Shown one piece after another: positions 47,684-58,826 of a stretch of 64,000 nucleotides of DNA. Position 1 is the first letter of the stretch. Each line of letters opens with the position of its first letter. Below the pieces are notes generated by a model. It was not told the origin of the DNA. It was given only the letters and a program-made list of their open reading frames with translations, and made no database searches. Location: positions 19,221 through 83,220 of the forward strand of contig JAUHYC010000007.1 in the NCBI GenBank assembly GCA_030426685.1. The letters run 5' to 3'. This DNA comes from Alphaproteobacteria bacterium. Lineage in GTDB: Bacteria; Pseudomonadota; Alphaproteobacteria; Rhodobacterales; Rhodobacteraceae. The translations under genes and the position numbers were made by a program.

Positions 47684-49282
47684 TTACGCGGCGCCCTGCC
47701 CGATTTCAGGTAATTGGGGCGCTGCGGCAATCAAGGATTGAGTGTAGCGATGCTGCGGGTCCGAAAACACCTGCTCGGTTTCACCCTGCTCAACGATCCG
47801 ACCGGACTGCATGACCAGCACACGGTCGGTGATGGTGCGGACAACGCTCAGATCGTGGCTGATGAACAGATAGGTCAGGTCATAAGTGGCGCACAGGTCA
47901 ACCAACAGATCGAGAATCTGCGCCCGGACCGAAACATCGAGGGCGGAGACCGCTTCGTCAAACAGGATCAGCTGAGGCCGAATGATCAAGGCGCGGGCGA
48001 TGGCAATCCGCTGCCGTTGCCCGCCCGAAAACTCGTGAATGTATTTGTTTGAATCATCCGGGCTGAGGCCAACCGCCGTCAGCATCTCGGCGATGCGGTC
48101 CTGCCGTTCTGTCCCGGTGGGTGGGCGTTCCAGCAGGTGAAACGGTTCGGTGACAAGGCGCGCAACCCGGTGGCGGGGATTGAAGCTGCCATAGGGGTCC
48201 TGAAACACCACCTGCATCTTGCGACGAACCGCGAGGTTTGGCCGGTGCCCTGTGAAAACCGGTTGTCCATCCAGACGAATCTCACCGGACTGTACCTCTT
48301 CCAACCCCAGAATTGCCCGCGTTAGAGTCGATTTTCCACAACCAGACTCGCCCACCAACCCCAGTCGCTCACCCTTGTTGAGGGTAAAGCTGACCCCATC
48401 CACCGCGCGGTGATGGCGTTGTGGACCCAACAGACCCGTGCGGGGCAGACGATAGTCGCGGACCACCTGCGCGACCTGCAGCAACGGGCGCGGCTCAACT
48501 GTATCGGGCAGAATGACCTGATGACCCGAGGCTTCGAACAACATGCGGGTATAAGGGTGCCGCATGTGGCGCAGCAGATGTTGGGTCGCACCGCTTTCGA
48601 CCACTTCACCGTGGCGCATGACGGTGATCCGGTCGGCCATATCTGCCACCACCGCCAGATCATGGGTAATTATCAACAGCCCCATACCATATTCGCTGAC
48701 CAGCCCCTTGAGCAGATCGAGGATTTGCGCCTGCGTCGTCACGTCCAAAGCGGTCGTCGGTTCGTCCGCGATCAGCAGCTTGGGGCGCAGCGCGATGGCC
48801 ATGGCGATGACCACACGCTGGCGCTGGCCGCCCGACAGTTCATGCGGATAGCGCGACAGCGGGAAACGATCAGGCGGCAGGCCGACACGAGTCAGCACTT
48901 CCTCGGCGCGGGTGCGCGCTTGGGCTGGCGGCATGGCCTTGTGGATCAGGATCGTTTCCATCACCTGATCCCCGATAGTCTTGACCGGGTTCAGCGCGGT
49001 CATCGGCTCCTGAAACACCATGCCGATCGAGGCACCGCGCAGGGCGCACATTTCGGCCTCGGGGCGGTTTAAAACATCGACATCGTGCAACCGGATCGCA
49101 CCGCTGGCCTCAGCCCCGTTTGGCAGCAATTGCATCACGGCCAGCGCTGTCATTGACTTGCCCGAGCCGCTTTCGCCGGTCACCGCCACGATCTGACCGG
49201 GGGCGATGGACAGGTCGACCTGTTTCAGGATCGGCACCCCATGAATTGACAGGGACAGGTTTTTGATCTGCAGCAAACTCAT
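47684..49282 (-). CDS. peptide/nickel ABC transporter, fused double ATPase
   Basis: Two Walker A (GESGSGKS, GESGCGKS); LSGGQRQR and FSGGQRQR. Confidence 0.95.
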   Translation of the reverse strand: MSLLQIKNLSLSIHGVPILKQVDLSIAPGQIVAVTGESGSGKSMTALAVMQLLPNGAEASGAIRLHDVDVLNRPEAEMCALRGASIGMVFQEPMTALNPVKTIGDQVMETILIHKAMPPAQARTRAEEVLTRVGLPPDRFPLSRYPHELSGGQRQRVVIAMAIALRPKLLIADEPTTALDVTTQAQILDLLKGLVSEYGMGLLIITHDLAVVADMADRITVMRHGEVVESGATQHLLRHMRHPYTRMLFEASGHQVILPDTVEPRPLLQVAQVVRDYRLPRTGLLGPQRHHRAVDGVSFTLNKGERLGLVGESGCGKSTLTRAILGLEEVQSGEIRLDGQPVFTGHRPNLAVRRKMQVVFQDPYGSFNPRHRVARLVTEPFHLLERPPTGTERQDRIAEMLTAVGLSPDDSNKYIHEFSGGQRQRIAIARALIIRPQLILFDEAVSALDVSVRAQILDLLVDLCATYDLTYLFISHDLSVVRTITDRVLVMQSGRIVEQGETEQVFSDPQHRYTQSLIAAAPQLPEIGQGAA

Positions 49283-50094
49283 GTCCGCGCCACCCGGATA
49301 CGGGGATCGAGCCAGTCGCGCAACCCATCACCCAGAAGGTTCAGACCCAGCACCGTAACGATGATGGCAAGACCCGGAATCAGAGCCAAATGCGGGGCAA
49401 AGCTGACCATCGTTTGCGCATCTGCCAACATCCGGCCCCAACTGGGCGTTGGCGGCTGCGCACCCAATCCCACATAGGACAACCCGGCCTCGGCAAGGAT
49501 GCCCAAGCTGAACTGGATGGTCCCCTGGACGATCAGAAGGTTGGCAACGTTGGGCAGGATATGTTCGGTTGAAATCCGTGCTGCACCCTTGCCTGAAACG
49601 CGGGCGGCGAGGATGAACTCTCGCTCCCAAAGCGAGAGAGCGGCACCGCGGGTGATGCGGGCGAAGACGGGGATGTTGAAGATGCCGATGGCGATGATGG
49701 CGTTGATGGCTCCGGCCCCGAACACGGCGGTGATCAGGATGGCGATGACCAGCGAGGGGAAGGCAAAAACCAGATCATTGCCGCGCATGATCACTTCATC
49801 CCACCACGATCCCTTGCGGGCTGCTGCCGTCAGGCCGAGGGGCACGCCAAAGCCCACGCCGATACCCACCGCCACCAGTGCCACCGCGATTGAGGTGCGC
49901 GCGCCCACCATGATCATTGAAAACATATCGCGCCCGAAATGATCTGTGCCAAACCAGTGCTGCGCGTTCGGGGGCCGCAGTTTGTCGGGTATGTTCAGCG
50001 CGGCATAATCATAAGGCGTCCAAACAAACGAGAGCAGGGCCGCCAGAAGGACCAGCGATGACAGAAATGTACCAAGGATTAGGTTGCGGCTCAT
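49279..50094 (-). CDS. ABC permease (DppC-like)
   Basis: HWFGTDHFGRD, EFILAARVSG, HILPN, PSWGRML. Confidence 0.93.
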   Translation of the reverse strand: MSRNLILGTFLSSLVLLAALLSFVWTPYDYAALNIPDKLRPPNAQHWFGTDHFGRDMFSMIMVGARTSIAVALVAVGIGVGFGVPLGLTAAARKGSWWDEVIMRGNDLVFAFPSLVIAILITAVFGAGAINAIIAIGIFNIPVFARITRGAALSLWEREFILAARVSGKGAARISTEHILPNVANLLIVQGTIQFSLGILAEAGLSYVGLGAQPPTPSWGRMLADAQTMVSFAPHLALIPGLAIIVTVLGLNLLGDGLRDWLDPRIRVART

Positions 50095-51038
50095 GTTCTG
50101 CTCCTCAACCGGGGATCGACGGCGGCATAGGCCAGATCGACCAGAAAGTTGACGGTGATCACGGCGAAGACAAGCAGCATGACCACCGATTCCACAACAA
50201 TCAGATCGCGGGCCGAGATCGCCTGAAACACCAGCCGCCCCAGTCCGGGCAGGTAAAACACCTGTTCGATGATGATCGACCCGGCCAGCAGGAAGGAAAA
50301 TTGCAGCCCGATGATCGTCAGCACCGGGATCAGCGCATTGCGCACACCGTGGCGCCACAAGGCTTGTCGTCGGCTGAGGCCTTTGGCGCGGGCGGTGCGC
50401 ATGAAATCCTCACCCAGAATGTCCAGCAGTGATGAACGCATGACGCGCGCCAGAATGGCCGCCTGTGGCAGGGCCAGTGCAATGGCGGGCAGAGTCAGCG
50501 AATGCAGGCCGGTCCACAGGCCATTTTCCCAACCTGCAAATCCACCGGCATTGAACCAGCGCAGGTTGATGGCAAAGATCAGCACTAGCATCATCGCAAA
50601 CCAGAAGTTCGGCACCGCGATGCCCAGTTGCGTGGCGCCCATTACCGTCAGGTCTCCGGGTTTGCCCCGACGTGCAGCGGCGTAGATCCCGGAGGGAAAG
50701 GCAATCAGGGTGGACAAGGTCAGCGCAAACAGCGCCAGCGGTAACGACACCCACAACCGATCCGCGATCATTTGCGAAACCGGGGTGCGGTAGGTGTAGG
50801 AGGTGCCGAAATCCCCGGTCAGCATTCCGCCGACCCAATTGAAATACCGCTGCACCCTGGACACATCCAACCCAAGCTCGGCCCGCAGCGCCGCCAGCGT
50901 GTCAGGTTGTGCGTTCACGCCCAGCATGAACGAGGCTGGATCACCCGGCACGACCTCGATAACCGCGAATATGACGACCGAGGCGACCGCGAGGCTGATG
51001 ATCAGTGAGAGCAGGCGTTTGAGCGTATAACGAAGCAT
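50091..51038 (-). CDS. ABC permease (DppB-like)
   Basis: VVPGDPA, GDFGTSY, EDFMRTARAKGL, IEQVFYLPGLG. Confidence 0.93.
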   Translation of the reverse strand: MLRYTLKRLLSLIISLAVASVVIFAVIEVVPGDPASFMLGVNAQPDTLAALRAELGLDVSRVQRYFNWVGGMLTGDFGTSYTYRTPVSQMIADRLWVSLPLALFALTLSTLIAFPSGIYAAARRGKPGDLTVMGATQLGIAVPNFWFAMMLVLIFAINLRWFNAGGFAGWENGLWTGLHSLTLPAIALALPQAAILARVMRSSLLDILGEDFMRTARAKGLSRRQALWRHGVRNALIPVLTIIGLQFSFLLAGSIIIEQVFYLPGLGRLVFQAISARDLIVVESVVMLLVFAVITVNFLVDLAYAAVDPRLRSRT

Positions 51039-51078
51039 TGGAGCCACGTTAGGGTCACAACCGGATTGGGTCCAGCAC

Positions 51079-52149
51079 CTAAGGCACCAGCAGGTAGGCA
51101 AACATCGCGTAGCCAACAATTGCCGCATAGCCCAGCGGATAGATCCACTTGATCGCGTAATTATCCAGCTTTCTGGCCGCCTCTTCCCGACCCGCAACTT
51201 TCAACCGGCGCAGGGCGACGTTAAACACGATCAGCGCACCGGTCATCAGGAACATGCATTGCAGAATGAAATCCAGAAAGGTCAGATATCCCAGCTTGGG
51301 CAGATCCTCCGAAATCGCCCAGTTGAACGCCACAAAGACCAGCAGGTTCGCCCCCGCGATTTCGATCCGTTTGCGATATTCGTCGAGGAAGAACAGCGCC
51401 CAGCCAACCGTGATCAGCACCAGCATCGGGAGAAACACGCGGATGGTGTAATAGGTCAGGTGCCGCTTGCCTTCGAAAATCAGCGCCACCTGATCGCTGT
51501 CCCGGCCCGACAATCCGGTGACTTTGGAAACCTCAAGCCGGTCATTGCCCAGAATCCACTCCTCCTCACCCAGCAAATTGCCGAGGCCCGAAAACTCATC
51601 CAGCGGGTAATAGGACACGTATTCAGACGGAAAGATCGAGACGACGTCGAAATGGAACTCCTGCGTGTCGAACGGGTATTTTCGGAAGTTGAAATGCGGC
51701 GCCTGAAGGGTCAGCGATGATTTCTCGACATAGACAACTCGCCCGTCATAGCGCAGAGAGGCCGCAGATTCGTGTATCCATTTGTTGGATTGCTGGTTGT
51801 GTATGACAAAGGCCGGCAGAACCGCACCGATCTGCGCGGCATGGTCCGCCAGCGTTGGCGGGTTGAATACCCGAATGTCCCGGCCCGCAACGTCACGGTC
51901 GAAGGCCAGCGCGGGATCGATCCATTCGACCCGCAGAACCACAACCGCACCGTAGTTTTCGGCCTTTTGGTCGACACCTGTGATCTGGTCGATCTTGATT
52001 CCGACCCCAACCTCCAGCGGGTTCTCAGGTGTTCCGGCCAGGGCGTCAAGACGACCACCCAATGCATTCTGCGCCGCAGCTTTTCCAACCGGAGCGGTGG
52101 TCAGGAAAACGGTCAAAGCAAAAAGGCAAACGATACGGAAAAATGTCAT
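51079..52149 (-). CDS. prokaryotic pentameric ligand-gated ion channel (ELIC/GLIC-like)
   Basis: Signal peptide; beta-sandwich start VGVGIKIDQITGVD; Pro-loop FRKYPFDTQ; four C-terminal TM helices; LPKLGYLT M2-M3 loop. Confidence 0.85.
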   Translation of the reverse strand: MTFFRIVCLFALTVFLTTAPVGKAAAQNALGGRLDALAGTPENPLEVGVGIKIDQITGVDQKAENYGAVVVLRVEWIDPALAFDRDVAGRDIRVFNPPTLADHAAQIGAVLPAFVIHNQQSNKWIHESAASLRYDGRVVYVEKSSLTLQAPHFNFRKYPFDTQEFHFDVVSIFPSEYVSYYPLDEFSGLGNLLGEEEWILGNDRLEVSKVTGLSGRDSDQVALIFEGKRHLTYYTIRVFLPMLVLITVGWALFFLDEYRKRIEIAGANLLVFVAFNWAISEDLPKLGYLTFLDFILQCMFLMTGALIVFNVALRRLKVAGREEAARKLDNYAIKWIYPLGYAAIVGYAMFAYLLVP

Positions 52150-52178
52150 CACGGCGTCTACTCGGAAACGGCAATATT

Positions 52179-52203
52179 CCGGGGCCGCAGAATCAGGCCC
52201 CGG
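52179..52203 (-). other. intercistronic stem-loop after the SBP gene
   Basis: CCGGGGCC-N9-GGCCCCGG with no U-tract; probable mRNA stabiliser. Confidence 0.5.
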
Positions 52204-52210
52204 GCTTGCT

Positions 52211-53698
52211 TCACTCGGACCAGCTGATCGCAGTCAGATCGATGGCAGCAGTGGGGGCGTTTTCCCACAGCCCCTGCACGCCCGCTTTGGCCACGCCGAG
52301 TTTGGCCAGCTGGAACAGGTATCCATTGACATAATCGTTCGAGATCAGGCGCTGCGCCTCACCCAACAACCGGGTCCGTTCCCCCGGGTCGGTGGTGGCG
52401 TTCAGAGTGCCCATCAGCGCCTGAAAGTCGGTGCTGTCATATTGGAAATAATATTCGGGCCGCGCATAGATGCCGATATCCATCGGCTCGGTATGGCTGA
52501 CGATGGTCAGGCCGAACTCCTTGCCCTTGAACACCGATTCCAGCCATTGCGCCCATTCCACATTGATGATCTCGGCAGTGATGCCGACATCGGCCAGCTG
52601 GGCCGCGATGATCTCACCACCGCGCCGCGCGTAGGAGGGAGGCGGCAGGTGCAGGGTGGTCTCGAACCCGTCGGCAAACCCGGCCTCGGCCAGCAGTGCC
52701 CTGGCCTTTTCGGGGTCATGAGCCGAGTTGCCGGTCAAATCGACATAGGCCGGATGATGCGGCGCGAAATGCGTGCCGATGGGCGTGCCGTAGCCAAACA
52801 TCGCCCCATCGACAATGGCCTGCCTGTCGATGGCATGGGCCAGTGCCTGCCGCACGCGGATATCATCAAAAGGGGGCTGCTTGTTGTTGGTGGACAGAAT
52901 CGTTTCGCCTTCGGTCGAGCCCACCAACACCTGAAACCTCGGGTCGGCTTCGAACTGAGGCAGGTTCTCCGGTGCGGGGAAGTTGTCGAACACATCGATA
53001 TCCTCGGCCATCATGGCGGCAAAGGCGGCGGTGGGGTCCGAGATGAACTTGAACGTTGCAGTCTCTAATGCGGGCTGATCGCCCCAGTAGTCGGGGTTTC
53101 GGTTCAGCGTGATGCTGTCGCCCTGCACCCAGTTGCCAAAGGTGAAGGCACCGGTTCCGACGGGGTTGGTCTTGATGTTTTCTATGCTTTCAGGCGCGAC
53201 GATCACCGCATCGCCCCAGGCCAGGTTAAACAGGAAATTGCCGTTGGGTTCGGACAGAGTCACTTTGACGGTCAGAGGATCGACGACCTCAACGCTCTCG
53301 ATTCCGGCAAACAGCGCCTTCTGCGCGTTGGCGCTGTCTTCGGCGGTGGCACGATCGAGGCTGAATTTGACATCCTCGGCATCCATGGTGCTGCCATCGT
53401 GGAAGGTCACACCGTCGCGCAGCTTGAAAGTGTATTCGGTGCCGTCATCCGAGATCTCCCAGCTTTCAGCCAGGCCCGGCACCACCGATCCGTCGCCCAT
53501 GAACCGGGTCAGCCCCTCGAAGATATTGGTATAGACCACCGAATCAATCGCCTGCGCCGCGGCGCTGGTCGGGTCCAGATGCGGCGGTTCAAGCTGCATC
53601 GCGATGGTGATATCCGATTTCGCCAACGCCTGCGACGCCAACAATGACGCGCCCAGCGCAAGGGCCGAGGCTAAAGACCGAACCGATTGCATTCCCAT
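52211..53698 (-). CDS. ABC substrate-binding protein (family 5, peptide/nickel)
   Basis: LDPT, IFEGL, PGLAESW, GVTFHDG, PVGTGAF, VRQALAHAIDR. Confidence 0.94.
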   Translation of the reverse strand: MGMQSVRSLASALALGASLLASQALAKSDITIAMQLEPPHLDPTSAAAQAIDSVVYTNIFEGLTRFMGDGSVVPGLAESWEISDDGTEYTFKLRDGVTFHDGSTMDAEDVKFSLDRATAEDSANAQKALFAGIESVEVVDPLTVKVTLSEPNGNFLFNLAWGDAVIVAPESIENIKTNPVGTGAFTFGNWVQGDSITLNRNPDYWGDQPALETATFKFISDPTAAFAAMMAEDIDVFDNFPAPENLPQFEADPRFQVLVGSTEGETILSTNNKQPPFDDIRVRQALAHAIDRQAIVDGAMFGYGTPIGTHFAPHHPAYVDLTGNSAHDPEKARALLAEAGFADGFETTLHLPPPSYARRGGEIIAAQLADVGITAEIINVEWAQWLESVFKGKEFGLTIVSHTEPMDIGIYARPEYYFQYDSTDFQALMGTLNATTDPGERTRLLGEAQRLISNDYVNGYLFQLAKLGVAKAGVQGLWENAPTAAIDLTAISWSE

Positions 53699-53867
53699 GA
53701 CATTCACTCCCCACTGAAGAAGGCTCGTCCGCTGTTTGCGGATCGTTCTGAGACCAATCTCCCTTTAAAATTTGGGTCAATCAAGGATTTGTTCGCGCAA
53801 CCGGGGTTTCTTAGCCACTGCCCGATCTGCTATGCCGCACCGCAACATGAACCCGCGAGGAGCGAGC

Positions 53868-54707
53868 ATGAGCGCCACCGCCCGTAAGACAGCCCCGAAT
53901 GCCGAGGATATTCGCACCCGCAAGGCCGGCGAACCGCTGGTCAGCCTGACAGCGTATACAACGCCAATGGCGCGGCTGATGGATGCCCATTGTGACTTTG
54001 TTCTGGTCGGCGACAGCGTCGGCATGGTTCTGCACGGCCTGACGTCGACCCTTGGGGTGACGATGGAGATGATGATTATGCACGGCCAGGCTGTCGCGCG
54101 CGGGCTTGAGCAGGCCATGATGGTCATCGACATGCCCTTTGCCAGTTACGAACATGACCCGGCGCAGGCCTTTCGCAACGCCGCACGGCTGATGGCCGAG
54201 ACCGGTGCGGGCGCGGTGAAGCTCGAAGGCGGGGTTGAAATGGCCGACACCATCCGCTTTCTGGTCAAGCGTGGCATTCCGGTGATGGCGCATATCGGGC
54301 TGACGCCGCAATCGATCAACACCCTTGGTGGCTATAAGGTGCAGGGCCGTGATGACCAGGCGCAGGCGGTGCTGGCCGATGCCCGCGCCGTGGCCGAGGC
54401 AGGCGCGTTTTCCGTCGTGTTAGAGAAGGTTCCGCAAAGTCTGGCGGATCGGATCACCCGGGACGTCGCGATCCCGACCATAGGCATCGGTGCCTCGGCC
54501 GGGTGCGACGGGCAGATTTTGGTGGTGGACGACATGCTTGGTTTTTTCACCGCTTTCAAACCAAAATTCGTCAAGCGCTATGCCGATCTGGGACCACAGG
54601 CCGAAGCCGCAATCGCGGAATATGCCGCCGATGTCCGCGCGCGCAATTTCCCCGCGGACGAACATGTCTTTTCCGACAAGGCCCCTGTCAAAGGGGGGAA
54701 ATCATGA
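53868..54707 (+). CDS. panB: 3-methyl-2-oxobutanoate hydroxymethyltransferase
   Basis: [38 protein letters not shown]. Confidence 0.97.
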   Translation: MSATARKTAPNAEDIRTRKAGEPLVSLTAYTTPMARLMDAHCDFVLVGDSVGMVLHGLTSTLGVTMEMMIMHGQAVARGLEQAMMVIDMPFASYEHDPAQAFRNAARLMAETGAGAVKLEGGVEMADTIRFLVKRGIPVMAHIGLTPQSINTLGGYKVQGRDDQAQAVLADARAVAEAGAFSVVLEKVPQSLADRITRDVAIPTIGIGASAGCDGQILVVDDMLGFFTAFKPKFVKRYADLGPQAEAAIAEYAADVRARNFPADEHVFSDKAPVKGGKS

Positions 54708-55546
54708 GCGCTCCGATCTTGCGAAAGCTAGCCGATCTGCGCACCCTGACCACTGACTGGCATCGCAAGGACGAGGTCATTGCTGTTGTCCCCACAATGG
54801 GGGCGCTGCATCAGGGGCATCTGTCGCTGGTTGAGGCCGCGAAGGCGGGGTGCGACCGGGTCATCGTGACGATTTTTGTGAACCCCAAGCAGTTCAACAA
54901 CGCCGAAGATCTGGCGAACTACCCCCGGACCGAACTCAAGGATGCCGAAAAACTGGCGGCCTATGGGATCGATGCGATCTACGTTCCTGACCCCGATGAG
55001 ATCTACCCGAAAGGGTTTGCCACCACGGTTTCCGTCGCAGGGCTGACCAATGTGATGGAGGGTGAATTCCGCCCCGGTCACTTTGACGGGGTGGCCACGG
55101 TTGTCGCCAAACTGTTCCTTCAGACACAGGCAGATCGAGCCTATTTCGGGGAAAAGGACTACCAGCAACTGATGGTCGTGCGCCGCATGGCCCGCGATCT
55201 GGATATCCCGATTGAAGTGATCGGCTGCCCGACAGTGCGTGAGCCTTCGGGGCTCGCGATGTCGTCGCGCAATCAGAGGCTCTCGGCCGATGGGTTGCAG
55301 GTTGCGGCTGAAAAGCACCGCATCATGCGCGCTCTGGCCGACGCACTGAAAGACGGAGCACCTTTTGACGCGCTGGCGGTGCAGGCCCAAACCGACCTGT
55401 TGACTGCCGGATTCGCTCAGGTGGAATATGTGCAACTGCGCTGCGCCGACACGCTGGAGCCGTTGACCCATGCGGATCGGCCTGCGCGGCTGTTCGCTGC
55501 GGCCTGGGCCGATGGTGTGCGGCTGATCGACAATATTCCCGTCTGA
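54704..55546 (+). CDS. panC: pantoate--beta-alanine ligase
   Basis: [46 protein letters not shown]. Confidence 0.97.
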   Translation: MSAPILRKLADLRTLTTDWHRKDEVIAVVPTMGALHQGHLSLVEAAKAGCDRVIVTIFVNPKQFNNAEDLANYPRTELKDAEKLAAYGIDAIYVPDPDEIYPKGFATTVSVAGLTNVMEGEFRPGHFDGVATVVAKLFLQTQADRAYFGEKDYQQLMVVRRMARDLDIPIEVIGCPTVREPSGLAMSSRNQRLSADGLQVAAEKHRIMRALADALKDGAPFDALAVQAQTDLLTAGFAQVEYVQLRCADTLEPLTHADRPARLFAAAWADGVRLIDNIPV

Positions 55547-55613
55547 ACACTCTGGCACGTGCGTCATTGTTTGCGCTAAAGTCCGGCAAAACCAGACCGG
55601 AGGGGGCGCAGGC

Positions 55614-57092
55614 GTGACCTATATTCTTGCCATTGATCAGGGCACCACATCATCGCGAGCCATATTGTTCGACGCGGACATGCAGCGCGCAGGCACTGCA
55701 CAACGCGAATTCACCCAGCATTTCCCGCAGGAGGGATGGGTTGAGCATGATGCCGACGAAGTCTGGGACAGTGTTCTGACCGTCTGCCGCGAGGTCATGG
55801 ACACTGCGGGGATCACTGCAGCCCAGATTGCCGGGATCGGGATTACCAACCAACGCGAAACCACCGTTGTTTGGGACCGCAACACCGGAACCCCCATCCA
55901 CAACGCCATCGTCTGGCAGGATCGACGCACCGCCGAAATATGCGCGCGCTATAAGCAGGCCGGGTGCGAGGATGACGTGACCGCCCAGACCGGTCTGCTG
56001 CTGGATCCCTATTTCTCGGGCACCAAGGTCAAATGGCTGCTGGATACGGTTCCCGGCGCGCGCGACCGCGCTGCCGCCGGAGAGCTGTTGTTCGGCACCA
56101 TCGACACCTTCCTGATCTGGCGCTTGACCGAGGGGCGTGTGCACGCCACTGATGCCACCAATGCCGCACGCACATTACTGTTCGACATCCATAAAGGAGA
56201 CTGGAGCTCCGAAATTTGTGAGTTGCTGGACGTTCCCCAACAGATGTTACCCAATGTGCGCGATTGCGCAGCAGATTTCGGATCGACCTCGCTGCTCGGC
56301 GGCAACATCCCAATTCTGGGTGTGGCCGGTGACCAGCAGGCGGCTACCATCGGGCAGGCCTGTTTCGAACCGGGTATGATGAAATCAACCTATGGCACAG
56401 GCTGTTTCGCCTTGCTCAACACCGGCACGCAGCCGGTGGAATCGAAAAACCGGCTGCTGACAACGATTGCCTATCAGTTGGACGGCCAGAAGACCTATGC
56501 GCTGGAGGGCTCAATCTTCATCGCAGGCGCGGCGGTGCAATGGCTGCGCGATGCGCTAAAGATCATTGACGCGGCACCTCAAAGTGGCGATCTGGCCGTG
56601 CAGGCCGATCCAACCCAGCATGTGGTGCTGGTGCCGGCCTTTACCGGCCTCGGCGCGCCGTATTGGAAGCCCGAATGTCGTGGTGCCATGTTCGGACTGT
56701 CCCGTAATTCGGGCCGGGCCGAGATCGCCCGCGCAACACTGGAGAGCATTGCCTTTCAAACCCGCGACCTGTGGCACGCTATGCAAGGTGACTGGGGGGC
56801 CGAGGCGGATGTGATCCTGCGCGTCGATGGCGGGATGAGCGCGTCTGACTGGACCATGCAGGGGTTGTCGAACATTCTTGGCGCGCCGGTGGATCGCCCG
56901 GTGATGCAGGAAACGACGGCACTGGGGGCCGCCTGGCTGGCCGGGATGAAAGCCGGTGTCTATCCCGATCGGTCCGGCTTTGCCGCGACTTGGGATCTGG
57001 ATCGCCGGTTTGAACCCGCAATGTCGGAAGAAGATCGCGATACGGCCTATGCGCGGTGGCAGCGGGCGGTTCAGGCGACCATGGCGTTCTAG
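55614..57092 (+). CDS. glpK: glycerol kinase
   Basis: [43 protein letters not shown]. Confidence 0.96.
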   Translation: MTYILAIDQGTTSSRAILFDADMQRAGTAQREFTQHFPQEGWVEHDADEVWDSVLTVCREVMDTAGITAAQIAGIGITNQRETTVVWDRNTGTPIHNAIVWQDRRTAEICARYKQAGCEDDVTAQTGLLLDPYFSGTKVKWLLDTVPGARDRAAAGELLFGTIDTFLIWRLTEGRVHATDATNAARTLLFDIHKGDWSSEICELLDVPQQMLPNVRDCAADFGSTSLLGGNIPILGVAGDQQAATIGQACFEPGMMKSTYGTGCFALLNTGTQPVESKNRLLTTIAYQLDGQKTYALEGSIFIAGAAVQWLRDALKIIDAAPQSGDLAVQADPTQHVVLVPAFTGLGAPYWKPECRGAMFGLSRNSGRAEIARATLESIAFQTRDLWHAMQGDWGAEADVILRVDGGMSASDWTMQGLSNILGAPVDRPVMQETTALGAAWLAGMKAGVYPDRSGFAATWDLDRRFEPAMSEEDRDTAYARWQRAVQATMAF

Positions 57093-57565
57093 CTGTGGTC
57101 CTTCATCAGACGCTGTTTCTGACGTGACCAGTCCCGCTTGGCCTGGGTCTCACGCTTGTCATGCAGCTTCTTACCTTTGGCGATACCAATTTTGATCTTC
57201 GCCCGGCCCTTGTGGTTGAAATACAAAACCAGCGGCACCAGTGTCATGCCCTTGCGTTGGGTCGCGTTCCACAGGTTTGACAATTCCTTGCGCGACACCA
57301 GCAGCTTGCGGCGGCGGCGCTCGTCATGCTTAAAAACCTTGGCCTGCTCGTATGGCGCGATATAGCTGTTGACCAGCCACAGCTCGCCGTCTTCCACCGA
57401 GGCATAGCTTTCGGCGATGTTCGACCCGCCAGCGCGCAGGGATTTGACCTCGGACCCTTCCAGCACGATGCCGCATTCGAGATCGTCCTCGATCACATAA
57501 TCGAAGCGCGCGCGCCGGTTTTCGGCGATGACTTTGTAATTCGGGTCTGTCTTCTGCTTGGCCAT
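57089..57565 (-). CDS. smpB: SsrA-binding protein
   Basis: [31 protein letters not shown]. Confidence 0.97.
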   Translation of the reverse strand: MAKQKTDPNYKVIAENRRARFDYVIEDDLECGIVLEGSEVKSLRAGGSNIAESYASVEDGELWLVNSYIAPYEQAKVFKHDERRRRKLLVSRKELSNLWNATQRKGMTLVPLVLYFNHKGRAKIKIGIAKGKKLHDKRETQAKRDWSRQKQRLMKDHS

Positions 57566-57609
57566 GACGCGTTGATGTATGCCGCTTGCGCGCGCCTTGC
57601 AAGTCGGGG

Positions 57610-58152
57610 TTATGAATTGGCCGAGATAATCAGGTCGGGACCAAAGATCGTGTCAGCGTGATTGTGCAGATAGATTTTGAGCCATGGGGTAAAACGGGCC
57701 GGATATCGCTGCACCTCGGCCAACAGATCATGATAATCGATCCAGCGGATATCCATGACTTCGTCCGGGTTGGGCTCGATATTCAGTGATCCGCGCACAT
57801 GCGCCAGAAAAACATCGACCACCTCATTTTCGACCAACCCGTTGCCCACATCAGCGTGATATTCCAGCCGGTGCCGATATTCGGGATAGAGCCCTGTGAT
57901 GCCCAATTCTTCGCGCAGGCGGCGCACCGCACAGGTCGAGGCGCTTTCGTTCCACTCGGGATGGGTGCAGCAGGTATTCGCCCACAGACCGGGCGTATGA
58001 TATTTGCCCATGGCACGCTGCTGCAGCAGGATTTCGGTGCCGCGCACGACAAATACCGAAACGGCCTTGTGCTTCAGGCCTTTTTCATGCGCCTCCAGCT
58101 TGTCGACGGGGGTCAATTCCCCCTCAACCCAGGCCGGGATCATGATACCCAT
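57610..58152 (-). CDS. idi: isopentenyl-diphosphate delta-isomerase type I
   Basis: [33 protein letters not shown]. Confidence 0.95.
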   Translation of the reverse strand: MGIMIPAWVEGELTPVDKLEAHEKGLKHKAVSVFVVRGTEILLQQRAMGKYHTPGLWANTCCTHPEWNESASTCAVRRLREELGITGLYPEYRHRLEYHADVGNGLVENEVVDVFLAHVRGSLNIEPNPDEVMDIRWIDYHDLLAEVQRYPARFTPWLKIYLHNHADTIFGPDLIISANS

Positions 58153-58242
58153 CTGTCGTCTCCTGTTGAAGGGCCGCAATGCGCGCTTGCGCATCGGTTT
58201 TCCCCCAAAGTGACGCCGATCGAAGCCCTGATCAAGCGCACG

Positions 58243-58268
58243 AAAGGCCGCAGGGGCTGCGGCCTTTT
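58243..58268 (-). terminator. hairpin terminator after cytochrome c2
   Basis: AAAGGCCGCAG-GGG-CTGCGGCCTTT; T runs on both strands. Confidence 0.7.
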
Positions 58269-58297
58269 GCACATGGTCCCGGGATTTTCAGGCGGAA

Positions 58298-58711
58298 TTA
58301 CTCGCCAGAAACACTCACGATATAGGCGTAGACGTCTTCGCCGCCCTTCTTAAGCTTGAAGGTCATTTTCGACTTGGCCGCCGTATCATCCAGATAGGTT
58401 TTCAGAAAAGTCTTGGGATCCTGCGCATATTCCACAAAGGTGGCTTCATCCCAAACCAGCCCGTTTTCACCTGCAGCGACAATGCTGTCACCATATTTGA
58501 ACCCTTCGACGGTCCCGGCGGTGCGGCCTGCGATACCATAGAGGTTCGGACCGGTCTTGCCGCCCTTCACGATCACTTCGCCTGCCGGGTCGGCAATCTG
58601 ATGGCAGGACTTGCATTTGTTGAAGGCTTTCTTACCAGCCTCGGCGTCGCCTTCCGCGTAGGCAGGAAGGGCCAGAAGACCGACAATAGCGGTGGCGAGG
58701 ATACGATTCAT
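58298..58711 (-). CDS. cycA: cytochrome c2-like class I cytochrome c
   Basis: Signal peptide; GDAEAGKKAFNKCKSCH; KTGPNLYG; SKMTF axial Met. Confidence 0.9.
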   Translation of the reverse strand: MNRILATAIVGLLALPAYAEGDAEAGKKAFNKCKSCHQIADPAGEVIVKGGKTGPNLYGIAGRTAGTVEGFKYGDSIVAAGENGLVWDEATFVEYAQDPKTFLKTYLDDTAAKSKMTFKLKKGGEDVYAYIVSVSGE

Positions 58712-58826
58712 TGCTTCATTACTCCGATAAGAATTGGCTGCACCGAAAGGACCGTTGGTGCGGGAGAGAGTCAATGCGCAGATTGCCGCGCGACGGCACT
58801 GTGTCACAGCGATAACCCGGTCGTCC

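Noticed and set aside
57089-57610. tmRNA (ssrA) next to smpB
   Set aside because: Flanks are glpK and a 44-bp gap to idi; no room and no tRNA-like ends.
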